A stretch of DNA of 64,000 nt, taken from the NCBI GenBank assembly GCA_964016885.1, contig OZ024754.1, positions 11,780,001 to 11,844,000 of the forward strand, written 5' to 3'. Positions within the stretch are counted from its first letter, which is position 1. Each line of letters starts with the position of its first letter. The notes under the pieces are model-generated. The model did not search any database and was not told the DNA's origin. It saw only the letters and a list, made by a program, of their open reading frames with translations. This document shows positions 63,485 to 64,000 of this stretch, piece by piece. Origin of the DNA: Eledone cirrhosa (Eukaryota). Made by a program: the position numbers and the translations under genes.

Positions 63485-64000
63485 TTTGAATAATGTTATT
63501 TTTAACTGATCTCATATTTTTGTTGTAGCCAAACTGTGAAGTTAATGGCTGGAAACAGTGATTTCATGACAAAAACCATCATCATCATCATCATCATCAT
63601 CGTCATTGTCATGACCATCACCACCAGCACCAATGAACATCATCAGCATCATTTAACATTGGGAAAGTGAGGAGGGGGTGTGCCATGCTGGGATGGGTTG
63701 GACAGGTCATCACAGACCATGTCTGTTCTTAATTGGACTTACAGTCTTCCCAGATGTGTTGGGAGAACACCTCACTTCTGTATGTTGTAATTTTGGTTTG
63801 GTTTCCATAGCTATATGCCCTTCCTATCAAAGTGTACTTGATGTAGTTTATCATAACACCAGTGCTAGTGAGCTTATCAACTCTTTGACACAAATGAACA
63901 GTCCTCTCAATTCATTGTTTGGCATAGTTTCTATGACTAACAACTTTACAGAGTGTTCTGGGTGTATTTTATTATTGCACCAGCAATACAGAAGTTGGCA

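Overview
Repeat-rich, AT-rich animal genomic DNA. The SINE/RTE families and microsatellite load suggest a coleoid cephalopod such as an octopod; this is inference. Four intron-containing genes were reconstructed by hand from splice sites and reading phase. (1) The first coding exon of Abl-interactor (Abi, - strand; the rest lies left of the window). (2) A complete 9-exon Max-like protein X (MLX, +, 254 aa). (3) A complete 9-exon ALG3 alpha-1,3-mannosyltransferase (-, 427 aa), whose intron 7 is a U12-type AT-AC minor intron. (4) The probable first coding exon of a CREB3/CREB3L bZIP factor (+), divergent from ALG3. The rest is TA/GAA/CAC microsatellites, minisatellites (31, 47, 48, 61, 76, 111 bp units), tRNA- and CORE-type SINEs, RTE/CR1/CRE LINE fragments, MITEs and a 5S rRNA pseudogene fused to a CR1 3' tail. 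The most unexpected signal is a dense set of minimal type-I hammerhead ribozyme motifs between 6.6 and 19 kb. It includes a perfect 137-bp inverted repeat with one hammerhead in each arm, next to a decayed Penelope-type GIY-YIG endonuclease fragment. Nearly all long ORFs in the supplied track are artefacts of simple repeats.
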